Positions 27,802 through 36,547 of a DNA stretch of 64,000 bases are shown here, piece by piece. Location of the stretch: the NCBI GenBank assembly GCA_017642535.1, contig JAGCOW010000042.1, positions 64,777 through 128,776 of the forward strand, in the 5' to 3' direction. A model generated the notes under the pieces. The model was not told the DNA's origin. It did no database searches and was given only the letters and a program-made list of their open reading frames with translations. The stretch comes from Bacteroidales bacterium. GTDB taxonomy: Bacteria > Bacteroidota > Bacteroidia > Bacteroidales > UBA1715. The stretch's first letter is position 1. Every line of letters starts with the position of its first letter. The position numbers were made by a program, and so were the translations under genes.

Positions 27802-28959
27802 TTACAAATTCCTATACTCCGAATTGCTGTATTCCTTTAAACTGATGCACTCCATTTCAATCAGCCATGCGGGACGACAGACGGGAGCGAGAACAATCAC
27901 CTTGGGTGTTTCGGGGAAACGTTCGTCGTACATTGCTTTTACCAACGCATAGTCGGCAATGTCGCGGAGATAGACAATCATTTGGGCAATGTCGTCCATC
28001 GTGTGACCTTTTTCTTCCAAAAGTTTGCCCACGTTTTCCCACATTCGAAGTGTTTGATTGCGTATATCGCCCACATGAACCACGTTTCCTTTGTTGTCGA
28101 TACTTGCTGTGCCGCTGATAAACAATTGCCGACGGTCGCCATATTCCATACACACGCCACGTTCGAATGTTACACCGTATTCGTACGTGGGATTAAGGTG
28201 CGTCGGGGCATAGAGATAGGTCATTTGCTCTTTTTTGATGCCTTTCACTGCATACGCATCAAGAAGAACCTTCACCGTGCCTTCGGCGTGCGAGCCCTGA
28301 ATGCCTGTACTGGCAATGTAGTGTGTGTCCTGCGTTAGACCGACTTGCTCAAAATTATCGCGTCGTCCACGCACCACGCCAGCATAGTTGGTATCGACAT
28401 CGCGGACGAAAAACCACGTGTGGACGCAGTTGTCGGCAATGTTGCATTTATGTGAATTTAAGTCTTCCTCGTAGCCCTCCAACAAATAGCGGGTTTGTTG
28501 CTCTGAATTCCCGCCCGAAGTGTGGCGGTATGCTGTCCAATAGTGAGTTATGTCGTTGTGTTTGTACGAAAATGTGCCGTTTCCGTTGCGTTGCGGAACG
28601 GGAATGCCTTCTTGCAAATAAATCCATAAGGCGACTTTTGTGCCGTCGAGTGGTGGCTGTTGCACAATAGAAACCGCGCAGGGCGAAAAGTTCGACAACA
28701 TTTCTTCGACCATTGCCGTCTGATTCGACGCGTCGCTCAAAAAATACCGCTTCATCACGGCTCTTGCACGGTTTTCCCACAACGAATCTTCCATTGCCGC
28801 CAAAGCGTTGTGGAGCGATTCCAGTTGCTCACGAAACGACATTCCGTGTTTTGTTGTGTGCAACATAACGTTGTGCTCCGCAATTCCATTTTGTGGGTTG
28901 AATGTTGAAACCTCGGCAACGGCGCCAAATTCGGGGTAGGAGTATGAGTTATAATCCAT
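27802..28959 (-). CDS. RidA/YjgF-fold protein, FkbO/Hyg5/XanB2 chorismatase-like (tentative)
   Basis: The C-terminal domain RQLFISGTASIDNKGNVVHVGDIRNQTLRMWENVGKLLEE...VYLRDIADY...PAWLIEMECI is RidA-like. The 385-aa length and the ISGTASI...GD...Q motif recall chorismatases. This call rests on memory only. Confidence 0.5.
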   Translation of the reverse strand: MDYNSYSYPEFGAVAEVSTFNPQNGIAEHNVMLHTTKHGMSFREQLESLHNALAAMEDSLWENRARAVMKRYFLSDASNQTAMVEEMLSNFSPCAVSIVQQPPLDGTKVALWIYLQEGIPVPQRNGNGTFSYKHNDITHYWTAYRHTSGGNSEQQTRYLLEGYEEDLNSHKCNIADNCVHTWFFVRDVDTNYAGVVRGRRDNFEQVGLTQDTHYIASTGIQGSHAEGTVKVLLDAYAVKGIKKEQMTYLYAPTHLNPTYEYGVTFERGVCMEYGDRRQLFISGTASIDNKGNVVHVGDIRNQTLRMWENVGKLLEEKGHTMDDIAQMIVYLRDIADYALVKAMYDERFPETPKVIVLAPVCRPAWLIEMECISLKEYSNSEYRNL

Positions 28960-29054
28960 GTTTATACTTTCAGTTTAGAAATCCACTATGGTTTGGCTGA
29001 CTCACTGCCACCAAACACATTTCTCCGCCAAAAGTATAAACAGTCATTGACTGC

Positions 29055-29104
29055 GGAAATCCCTAAAAATGGGTATTCTAACGAGAGGAAATCGTCAAAA
29101 AAGG
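29055..29104 (-). repeat. 50-nt variant of the AATCCC motif family, copy 3
   Basis: ggaaatccctaaaaatgggtattctaacgagaggaaatcgtcaaaaaagg is 45/50 identical to 37872-37921. Confidence 0.7.
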
Positions 29105-29108
29105 TTTT

Positions 29109-30068
29109 TTATTTTTCCAACTCTTTCCAAGCCAGTGCGCTTGCTCCGAGAACTGCGGCGTTTTTGTCCATCAATCCGCTGAGTTTTATATCTATCTTAT
29201 TCTTGAAAATTGGCAACAGATATTCTTCCATTGACGCTTTTGTCGGCTTAATAATAGCATCGCCTGCTTTTGCAGGACCACCGAACAAAAAGATGGTAGA
29301 TGGACTTGTGTGACATACCACGTCGGCCAATTTCATCCCAAGAATTTTTCCTGTGTAATCGAAACATTCTTTTGCAAGTTCGTCGCCTTGCTGATATGCT
29401 TTGAAAACATCGTACGAAGTCAGTTTACTGTTAGGTATATCGCGAAGTTGCGACGGTTTGCGTGAATTACAAAGCATTTCCGTCATTGTGCGGACAATTC
29501 CCGTAGCCGAAGCGTAGGTTTCCAAGCAACCTTTCTTGCCACATCCGCACTGTCGGCCATCCATAAACACTGTGGTATGACCAACCTCACCTGCAAATCC
29601 GTCGTGACCGTAAACTAAATCACCGTTCACCACAATACCGCTTCCCAATCCTGTTCCCAATGTAATGACTACAAAATCTTTCATGCCCTTTGCCGCACCG
29701 AAAATCATTTCTCCCATAGCGGCAGCGTTTGCATCGTTGGTAATCGCAATTTTCACATTCGGAAAATATTCGCCCATCATTTTGCAGAAATGCACCGTGC
29801 CTTTCCAACTCAGATTCGGAGCTTCCTCTATCGTGCCTCTGTGATAATTTGCATTCGGAGCACCCACGCCGATTCCCTTCAGCTCACAATCGGAATGGTT
29901 TTGTAACTCTTTCTGTATCAACGAACAAAGATTCTTCATATACGGCTCGATTTCCGTATATTCTTTCGTTGGTATGCTCGTCTCGAACAAACAATTTCCG
30001 TCTCTGTCAACAAAACCAATGGCTGTGTTCGTTCCGCCAATATCTATTCCGACTGTAATTTGTTTCAT
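29109..30068 (-). CDS. ROK-family glucokinase
   Basis: VGIDIGGTNTAIG...GHDGFAGEVGH...CGCGKKGCLETYAS. Confidence 0.85.
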   Translation of the reverse strand: MKQITVGIDIGGTNTAIGFVDRDGNCLFETSIPTKEYTEIEPYMKNLCSLIQKELQNHSDCELKGIGVGAPNANYHRGTIEEAPNLSWKGTVHFCKMMGEYFPNVKIAITNDANAAAMGEMIFGAAKGMKDFVVITLGTGLGSGIVVNGDLVYGHDGFAGEVGHTTVFMDGRQCGCGKKGCLETYASATGIVRTMTEMLCNSRKPSQLRDIPNSKLTSYDVFKAYQQGDELAKECFDYTGKILGMKLADVVCHTSPSTIFLFGGPAKAGDAIIKPTKASMEEYLLPIFKNKIDIKLSGLMDKNAAVLGASALAWKELEK

Positions 30069-30224
30069 TTTTTTAAATTTTTACAAAAATACAGTTTTTA
30101 GAAAAAATCGACAGTCTCAATCCATATTTTTCTTGAAAGAAAATATACATTTACCTTTCCATTTTTAACAAAATTTTTCAATCTTTGTAGAGATTAAAAA
30201 GTATATAAGAAAACAAAAATTACT

Positions 30225-30764
30225 ATGGATTTAAAAGGATCAAAAACAGAAAAGAATCTCCAAGCGGCATTCGCTGGGGAGTCACAGGCACGAAACAAAT
30301 ATACGTACTACGCTTCGAAAGCAAAGAAAGACGGATTTGTTCAGATTGCTAACATTTTCGAAGAAACGGCAAACAACGAGAAAGAACACGCAAAAATTTG
30401 GTTCAAACTTTTGCACGACGGCAAAGTTCCTGGCACTATCGAAAACTTGAAAGATGCTGCCGCTGGCGAAAACTACGAATGGACCGATATGTACGCAACT
30501 TTTGCGAAAGAAGCTCGTGAGGAAGGTTTCGACAAAATTGCAGACTTGTTCGAAGGCGTGGCAAAAATCGAAAAAGAACACGAAGAGCGATACAAAAAAC
30601 TCTTGGAAAACATTGAAGGCGGTCTTGTATTCTCGAAAGACAAAGATATGATTTGGCAATGCTCAAACTGCGGTCACATCGTAATTGGTAAAAAAGCACC
30701 AGATGTTTGTCCTGTTTGCGATCACCCACAAGCATATTTCCAAGTAAAAGCAGAAAATTATTAA
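30225..30764 (+). CDS. rbr: rubrerythrin
   Basis: An N-terminal diiron four-helix domain ([18 protein letters not shown]...EKEH) and a C-terminal rubredoxin-like CxxC...CxxC (CSNCGH...CPVCDH). Confidence 0.9.
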   Translation: MDLKGSKTEKNLQAAFAGESQARNKYTYYASKAKKDGFVQIANIFEETANNEKEHAKIWFKLLHDGKVPGTIENLKDAAAGENYEWTDMYATFAKEAREEGFDKIADLFEGVAKIEKEHEERYKKLLENIEGGLVFSKDKDMIWQCSNCGHIVIGKKAPDVCPVCDHPQAYFQVKAENY

Positions 30765-30787
30765 TAACGAAAAATAAAATTATACCT

Positions 30788-31336
30788 ATGTCAAAAAAAT
30801 TCATTTGCCCTATATGCGGCTTTGTTCATGAAGGAGAAGAGGCGCCAGAACGTTGCCCACAGTGTAAACAAATAGTAACGTGGAAAGTTGTCGATGAATC
30901 GGCAGCATTGAAGTTCGTTACGGAACACGTCATTGGTATTGCAAAAGACTGCGATGCAGAAATGAAAAAAGACTTGAATGCTCACTTTATGGGTGAATGT
31001 TCGGAAGTGGGAATGTATCTTGCAATGAGCCGCCAAGCCGACCGCGAAGGTTATCCCGAAATTGCCGAAGCATTCAAACGTTATGCATTCGAAGAAGCAG
31101 AACATGCCGCAAAATTCGCTGAATTGCTCGGTGAAGTTGTGTGGGACACGAAGACAAACCTTGAAAAACGTATGATGGCCGAAGCTGGCGCCTGCGAAGA
31201 CAAAATGCGCATTGCTAAAAATGCAAAAGCACAAAATCTCGACGCAATCCACGACACCGTTCACGAAATGGCAAAAGATGAAGCCCGTCACGGACAAGGA
31301 TTCGAAGGGTTGTATAAACGTTATTTCAAGAAATAA
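30788..31336 (+). CDS. reverse rubrerythrin (N-terminal rubredoxin-like domain + ferritin-like domain)
   Basis: [28 protein letters not shown] is followed by a ferritin-like domain ([10 protein letters not shown]...EEAEHA...EARH). The start was moved from 30707 to ATG 30788. Confidence 0.8.
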   Translation: MSKKFICPICGFVHEGEEAPERCPQCKQIVTWKVVDESAALKFVTEHVIGIAKDCDAEMKKDLNAHFMGECSEVGMYLAMSRQADREGYPEIAEAFKRYAFEEAEHAAKFAELLGEVVWDTKTNLEKRMMAEAGACEDKMRIAKNAKAQNLDAIHDTVHEMAKDEARHGQGFEGLYKRYFKK

Positions 31337-31342
31337 TTTAAC

Positions 31343-31370
31343 GTAGAGACGCGCCATGGCACGTCTCTAC
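31343..31370. repeat. GTAGAGACG...CGTCTCTAC hairpin, copy B
   Basis: gtagagacg cgccatggca cgtctctac. Confidence 0.8.
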
Positions 31371-31393
31371 AAATGTAAAAAAAACTATTGCCA

Positions 31394-31422
31394 GTAGAGA
31401 CGTCACAATGGGGCGTCTCTAC
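31394..31422. repeat. GTAGAGACG...CGTCTCTAC hairpin, copy C
   Basis: gtagagacg tcacaatgggg cgtctctac. Confidence 0.8.
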
Positions 31423-31440
31423 AATTATATCATTGAAATC

Positions 31441-32133
31441 ATGAAAAAAATTGTCGTTTTAACTGGTGCTGGAATCAGCGTGGAATCAGGGATAAAGGCA
31501 TTTCGTTCGGAGGACGGATTGTGGGAAAACCATCGTGTAGAAGATGTTGCCACACATAGTGCATGGTTCAGAAATCCTCAACTTATTCTTGATTTCTATA
31601 ACACGATGAGGGCTCAACTTGAGTCGAAGCAACCGAATCGTGCACATATTTGTTTGGCAGAGAAAGAAAAGGATTACGAAATAGTTGTTGTAACTCAGAA
31701 TGTTGACAATTTGCACGAGAGAGCAGGCAGTACACATGTGATTCATCTGCATGGTGAACTTACCAAAGCATGTAGTTCCAGCAACGAAATCGACGAATAT
31801 TGTTTTGTCGATATTGGCTACAAACCAATAAAAATGGGCGACAAGGCAAAGGACGGCTCGCAACTTCGTCCGCAAATCGTGTTTTTCGAGGAGGCGGTTC
31901 CCAACATAGAACCAGCAGCGAGACAGGTTGAAACGGCTGACATAATGATAATCATTGGTACTTCAATGCAAGTGTATCCCGCCGCCGGACTTATCCGTTA
32001 TGCCAAGCGTGATACGCCAATCTTTTTCGTTGACCCAAAACCGCAAGTGCAGTCACAACCGAACCTGACTATAATTGCCGAACCCGCATCAACAGGTGTT
32101 GACAAGGCATTTGAGTTGATAGACAAATTATAG
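31441..32133 (+). CDS. cobB: NAD-dependent protein deacylase (Sir2 family)
   Basis: MKKIVVLTGAGISVESGIKAFRSEDGLW...QNVDNLHERAG. The track start at 31408 lies inside hairpin copy C and was rejected. Confidence 0.85.
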   Translation: MKKIVVLTGAGISVESGIKAFRSEDGLWENHRVEDVATHSAWFRNPQLILDFYNTMRAQLESKQPNRAHICLAEKEKDYEIVVVTQNVDNLHERAGSTHVIHLHGELTKACSSSNEIDEYCFVDIGYKPIKMGDKAKDGSQLRPQIVFFEEAVPNIEPAARQVETADIMIIIGTSMQVYPAAGLIRYAKRDTPIFFVDPKPQVQSQPNLTIIAEPASTGVDKAFELIDKL

Positions 32134-32134
32134 A

Positions 32135-33373
32135 TTACTTGCCAAGTATTGTTTCATACACGGAATGATACGCTTCCACACCTTTTTCAAGAGAATAATA
32201 TTTCTCGGCAACGGCGTGCAAAGCGGTAGAATCCACGTTGGTAGTTGCAAGCATTTGCTCTGCAATCGACTCGTATTCCGCTTGCGTATAATCCGTAACC
32301 AAAAATCCTTGTGGACAATCCTTCATAATGCTATCGACATCGCCAACGCTGGCGTTGCAGACCAATGGAATGCCAACCGACAGCAATTCTCCCATTTTTG
32401 TAGGTGACGACGCCTTTTTTGAATATACTGGCTTGATAAAAAATAAAGACCAATTCGAAAGCGAAATATACGCAGGAACATCTTCCCTGTTTGCCTTCAC
32501 CACACGCAATGCGTCGCGGGGAATATCCTTGCGAATAGCCATAGAGTCAAGTTTGTCGGGATTGTCGGGTGTGATGCAGAGAAAAACGGCATTATGATTT
32601 TTTTCATACACCACTTTGAAGAAATCAAACATTTCCTCGGTCATATACCACGTTCCAAACGATCCTAAATAACTCAGTACAAAGTTGTTATCACTAATTT
32701 GTAATGATTTTCTTAAAGATGCCGCTTTTTTGTCGTTCCGAGTAAACAAACGTAAATCGGCACAGCAAGGAATCACCGAAATGGGATTCTTATGAATCTG
32801 GTATGCTTTCCACGAACGAATCTCATTTGCTCCGTTTTCGGTGAGACTAATGATTGCCGAGGCATTTTCTATGAACGTTTTTTCTACGTTCTTAAAATAT
32901 TGATATACCTTTCGATACACGAACTTCGACGTGTTCCAAATGCCTCCTTCCACACGCTCGTCGGCCCAAAAACCGCGCATGTCGAAAATCCAAGGGATAC
33001 CAAATTTTTTCTGGCAATAGCAACCCACGTGTGCGCTAATGTAACTTCGGCAATGTAATAATTGTATGTTATTCTCCTGATTACGAATGAGTTTCACTGC
33101 CTCATTCTGCATTTTGTGCAAATCATACACGGTGGAAATCACTGCTGGTTTAGCAGTATATGAAATAGGATGCCACGCGATTCCCGATTTTTGAAGCAAG
33201 CGGGAAATATGTGCTTTTCGTTTTTCATACAACTGTGGTTTTTCGCAACTGAGAATATGAATGGCATAACCGAATTTAGCCAATCCTTCCAAATACGGAA
33301 TCACTTGCGACTGACCAAGATTGTCGGTCATTCCGTCATACGAAATGTAAAGAATACCATTTTGTTGTGCCAT
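32135..33373 (-). CDS. glycosyltransferase family 4 (GT-B)
   Basis: MAQQNGILYISYDGMTDNLGQSQVIPYLEGLAK. The C-terminal part carries a typical GT4 E-x7-E-like region. The TTG at 33421 would overlap the tRNA terminator. Confidence 0.75.
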   Translation of the reverse strand: MAQQNGILYISYDGMTDNLGQSQVIPYLEGLAKFGYAIHILSCEKPQLYEKRKAHISRLLQKSGIAWHPISYTAKPAVISTVYDLHKMQNEAVKLIRNQENNIQLLHCRSYISAHVGCYCQKKFGIPWIFDMRGFWADERVEGGIWNTSKFVYRKVYQYFKNVEKTFIENASAIISLTENGANEIRSWKAYQIHKNPISVIPCCADLRLFTRNDKKAASLRKSLQISDNNFVLSYLGSFGTWYMTEEMFDFFKVVYEKNHNAVFLCITPDNPDKLDSMAIRKDIPRDALRVVKANREDVPAYISLSNWSLFFIKPVYSKKASSPTKMGELLSVGIPLVCNASVGDVDSIMKDCPQGFLVTDYTQAEYESIAEQMLATTNVDSTALHAVAEKYYSLEKGVEAYHSVYETILGK

Positions 33374-33414
33374 ATCATTTTGCTTACACAAATGTAGTGT
33401 TTTCTTGGAGCATA

Positions 33415-33450
33415 GAAACAAAAAAAGGGAACAAATTACTGTTCCCTTTC
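33415..33450 (-). terminator. terminator of tRNA-Phe
   Basis: The minus strand reads gaaagggaac-agtaattt-gttccctttttt. Confidence 0.6.
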
Positions 33451-33451
33451 G

Positions 33452-33524
33452 TGGAGAGGGGCGGGATCGAACCGCCGACGCCAGGATTTTCAGTCCTGTG
33501 CTCTACCGACTGAGCTACCACTCC
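33452..33524 (-). tRNA. tRNA-Phe (anticodon GAA)
   Basis: Hand-folded cloverleaf of 73 nt: GGAGTGG TA GCTC AGTCGGTA GAGC A CAGGA CTGAAAA TCCTG GCGTC GGCGG TTCGATC CCGCC CCTCTCC A. There is one U5-U68 mismatch in the acceptor stem, and CCA is not encoded. Confidence 0.9.
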
Positions 33525-33536
33525 GATTTGGTGTGG

Positions 33537-33544
33537 CAAAAGTA
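33537..33544 (-). promoter_or_regulatory. candidate -7 box (TACTTTTG) for tRNA-Phe
   Basis: The reverse complement of caaaagta matches TAnnTTTG, 13 nt upstream of the mature tRNA 5' end. Confidence 0.4.
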
Positions 33545-33581
33545 ATCATATTTTTTTATTCTCAAAATAATTCGGGGAATT

Positions 33582-34283
33582 TTATTCTTCAAGCCCCATT
33601 ATTTTCTTAAAGTTCTCTTTGTAAGTAAGTCCGATAGGAATCTCTTTTTCGCCTATCAGCAGCGCCCCAGATTTTATAGTATCTATTTTCTTTTTTGATA
33701 CTATAAAGGATTTATGCACGCGAATAAAATCGTTGGGAGGAAGTTTTGTCATTATGCCCTTAATGTTGGTGAGAGTAACAATACGTTTGTCGGTCGTAAC
33801 AATTTTTACATAATCTTTCAATCCTTCTATATAAAGTATGTCGTTGAGCATAATCTTTATATCTTGATAATCAGCACGTACAAAAATATGACTTGTAGTA
33901 TTAGTTGATGTTTCGGTAAGTTTTCGCAACAACATCTTGTCCTTGATTTTTTCCACAGCGACACTGAATCGTTTGGGAGAGATTGGTTTCATCAGGTAAT
34001 CCACGGCGCCAACGTTGAAGCCCTCAACAGCATATTGATTATAGGCGGTAGTGAACACTACCAATGGCGGATTCTTTAGCGTCTTCAGCAACTGCATCCC
34101 CGACATACCAGGCATAAGAACATCGAGAAACAACACATCGACCGCTTCCTTGCCAAGTAACACAATAACTTCTTCCGCACTCTTACACACTCCTACCAGT
34201 TGAAGTTCCTCACTGTGAGACACATATAATTCCATAACCTCACGAGCCAATGGCTCATCATCTACTATCACACACCGTATCAT
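33582..34283 (-). CDS. LytTR-family two-component response regulator
   Basis: MIRCVIVDDEPLAREVM...LDVLMPGMSG (receiver domain) plus a C-terminal LytTR domain (IFVRADYQDIKIMLNDILYIEGLKDYVKI). Confidence 0.85.
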   Translation of the reverse strand: MIRCVIVDDEPLAREVMELYVSHSEELQLVGVCKSAEEVIVLLGKEAVDVLFLDVLMPGMSGMQLLKTLKNPPLVVFTTAYNQYAVEGFNVGAVDYLMKPISPKRFSVAVEKIKDKMLLRKLTETSTNTTSHIFVRADYQDIKIMLNDILYIEGLKDYVKIVTTDKRIVTLTNIKGIMTKLPPNDFIRVHKSFIVSKKKIDTIKSGALLIGEKEIPIGLTYKENFKKIMGLEE

Positions 34284-35311
34284 ACGTTTATTTTTAATGT
34301 TACACTGTACAACGATTCCGTTTCAGAGATTTGAAGCGAATGCTTTGTACCATATATTATTTGAAGCCGCGACTTCACATTCTGAATACCTATTCCGTGT
34401 ACCGAATCTTTTGACGAATTTTCCCTCTTAAACACTTCATTCTGAATGTGAAAGACTATTTCATTTAAGTTTACACCAATGTTAATGGATATATTTACGT
34501 TTCCTTCGTCATTCTTTCCATGTTTGAACGCATTTTCAACAAAAGGAATCAATATCATCGGTGCAATTTTTATTTTCTCTTTTGTCGTCCAATTTTCCTC
34601 GAAATTCACAACGCTCTCAGACGACAGACGAAGTTTTTGTGTGTTCACATAATCGTGAAGATATTTAATCTCATTCTCAATATCCACGTAATCCTTGACA
34701 CTATCGTAAGTGCTGTAACGAAGAAGGTCGGACAACGTGAGGATGGCATTGGGCAAATCGTCGGACTTCTTCAATGCCAGCGAATAAAGACTATTCATAG
34801 CATTGAAAAGAAAATGCGGACTAAGTTGCGATTTCAGAAGTTGCAAATTGGATTCGGCATGCCGCTCCTCCAACTCTTGCATTAACCGCTCTCGTTTTAC
34901 TCCCTGAATCGAGTAACTGAGTACGCCACTTGCCGCTAGTGATACGAAGAAAAGAATGAATCGAACCACTATCTTTGTCTTCCCTTGTATAAAGACAGTT
35001 GACGGATTCGTGGAATGTACCATATCCATCAACCTCTCTTGAAGTGGAGCCAAAAGCCAGAAAATGAAAAAAAACAATACACCTAACGCAAGCAACATTA
35101 AAAAATAAGCCCCGTAACGTCCCCTAGCAAAAAGAACGGGAAGAACCACTTCCAAGTGAAGGTAAAAGATGATTATCGGAGCCACATAAAGCGTGGTATG
35201 AAAACAAAAAAGACTCAAACTAAACGCATTTATAACGAATAGATGAGGTACAACTATCAAAACACACCACGACACGAGGTGTATCAGTATATTTTTTGCT
35301 TCTTTCTGCAT
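34280..35311 (-). CDS. LytS/YehU-type sensor histidine kinase
   Basis: N-terminal TM helices are followed by LKSQLSPHFLFNAMNSLYSLA (His_kinase motif). A 4-nt overlap links it to the response regulator gene. Confidence 0.8.
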   Translation of the reverse strand: MQKEAKNILIHLVSWCVLIVVPHLFVINAFSLSLFCFHTTLYVAPIIIFYLHLEVVLPVLFARGRYGAYFLMLLALGVLFFFIFWLLAPLQERLMDMVHSTNPSTVFIQGKTKIVVRFILFFVSLAASGVLSYSIQGVKRERLMQELEERHAESNLQLLKSQLSPHFLFNAMNSLYSLALKKSDDLPNAILTLSDLLRYSTYDSVKDYVDIENEIKYLHDYVNTQKLRLSSESVVNFEENWTTKEKIKIAPMILIPFVENAFKHGKNDEGNVNISINIGVNLNEIVFHIQNEVFKRENSSKDSVHGIGIQNVKSRLQIIYGTKHSLQISETESLYSVTLKINV

Positions 35312-35459
35312 TGTCTCAATTGAATTTCAAAGGTAGCGAATCCCCCAAAATGAGTTTTTTTTCTATACCAAATAGTAAATTTCATAGACGAAAAACGATA
35401 TTGCACACTGTACGAACGGAATTTCTTTTTTTTAATGTTTTTCTAGGTTAAAAAATCAA

Positions 35460-35467
35460 TATCTTTG
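35460..35467 (+). promoter_or_regulatory. candidate -7 box (TATCTTTG)
   Basis: Matches TAnnTTTG, 25 nt upstream of ATG 35492. Confidence 0.35.
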
Positions 35468-35491
35468 CAAATATATTGAAACTCATTTCAA

Positions 35492-36463
35492 ATGGATTGC
35501 AAAGCAGAATTTGAAAAATCAAGCGAAAAGGCGATAATGGTCGTGGGCGACATTATGCTCGACTCCTACATTTGGGGCAGCGTTGACCGTATTTCGCCCG
35601 AAGCGCCCGTGCCGGTGGTGTCGGTTGAAACGACAGAGGACCGTCTTGGTGGTGCGGCAAATGTGGTGAAAAACATTGCCTCGCTTGGCATGAAACCTAT
35701 CCTGTGCAGCGTGGTTGGCAACGATGAGGCAGGTCACAAGTTTTTCGACATTCTTAAACGTCGGAATATCTCGTCAAATTATTGTGTGGTTGCCGACGAA
35801 CGAAAAACCACGGTGAAAACACGTGTAATTTGTGGCAAACAACAAATGCTCCGCGTTGATACGGAACAAACCGACGTGATTGGCGAAGAGATATTCAAAA
35901 AGTTGCAAACTTGCATTCGCACTGCGATTTCAGAACAAAAAATATCCGCTATCATCTTGCAGGATTACGACAAAGGGGTGTTTTCCAAAGAATTGATAGA
36001 TTTTGTGGTTGCCGAAGCGAAAAAACAGAGCATTCCCGTCTTGGTTGACCCGAAAAAACGGAATTTCAATAATTTCAAAAATGTGTCGTTGTTTAAGCCG
36101 AACTTCAAGGAATTTACCGAAGGTATCGGAAAATCGTGCCGCAAAGACGACAGCGAATCGTTGTTCGCTTTGGCAAAAGAATTTATGACGGCACAAAACA
36201 TTGATACAATGATGGTTACGCTTTCGGAACATGGAATTTTCATTGCCGACAAAAACCGCTATGTAAAACTGCCGACGCAAGTTCGCCACGTTGCCGATGT
36301 TTCTGGAGCTGGCGATACGGTAATTAGCACTGCGGCAGTATGTTACGTGCTCGGATTCCCGATGGAGGAAGTTGCGCGCATTTCGAACATCGCGGGTGGA
36401 ATCGTGTGCGAACAACCAGGTGTGGTTACCATTGAAAAAGATCAATTGTTGAAACACATATAA
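35492..36463 (+). CDS. D-glycero-beta-D-manno-heptose-7-phosphate kinase (RfaE domain I / PfkB family)
   Basis: IMVVGDIMLDSYIWGSVDRISPEAPVPVV...GGAANV...GAGDT. Confidence 0.8.
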   Translation: MDCKAEFEKSSEKAIMVVGDIMLDSYIWGSVDRISPEAPVPVVSVETTEDRLGGAANVVKNIASLGMKPILCSVVGNDEAGHKFFDILKRRNISSNYCVVADERKTTVKTRVICGKQQMLRVDTEQTDVIGEEIFKKLQTCIRTAISEQKISAIILQDYDKGVFSKELIDFVVAEAKKQSIPVLVDPKKRNFNNFKNVSLFKPNFKEFTEGIGKSCRKDDSESLFALAKEFMTAQNIDTMMVTLSEHGIFIADKNRYVKLPTQVRHVADVSGAGDTVISTAAVCYVLGFPMEEVARISNIAGGIVCEQPGVVTIEKDQLLKHI

Positions 36464-36547
36464 ATAATAGAGTTAAGAATTAAAAATTAAGAGTTATGGA
36501 TGGCGAAGCGTGACGAAGCCACCAAAAACAAAATTAAAACATATAAA

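Noticed and set aside
31408-31440. The N-terminal extension of the Sir2 gene (MGRLYNYIIEI).
   Set aside because: The proposed start lies within hairpin copy C. MKKIVVLTGAGIS at 31441 is the canonical Sir2 N-terminus.
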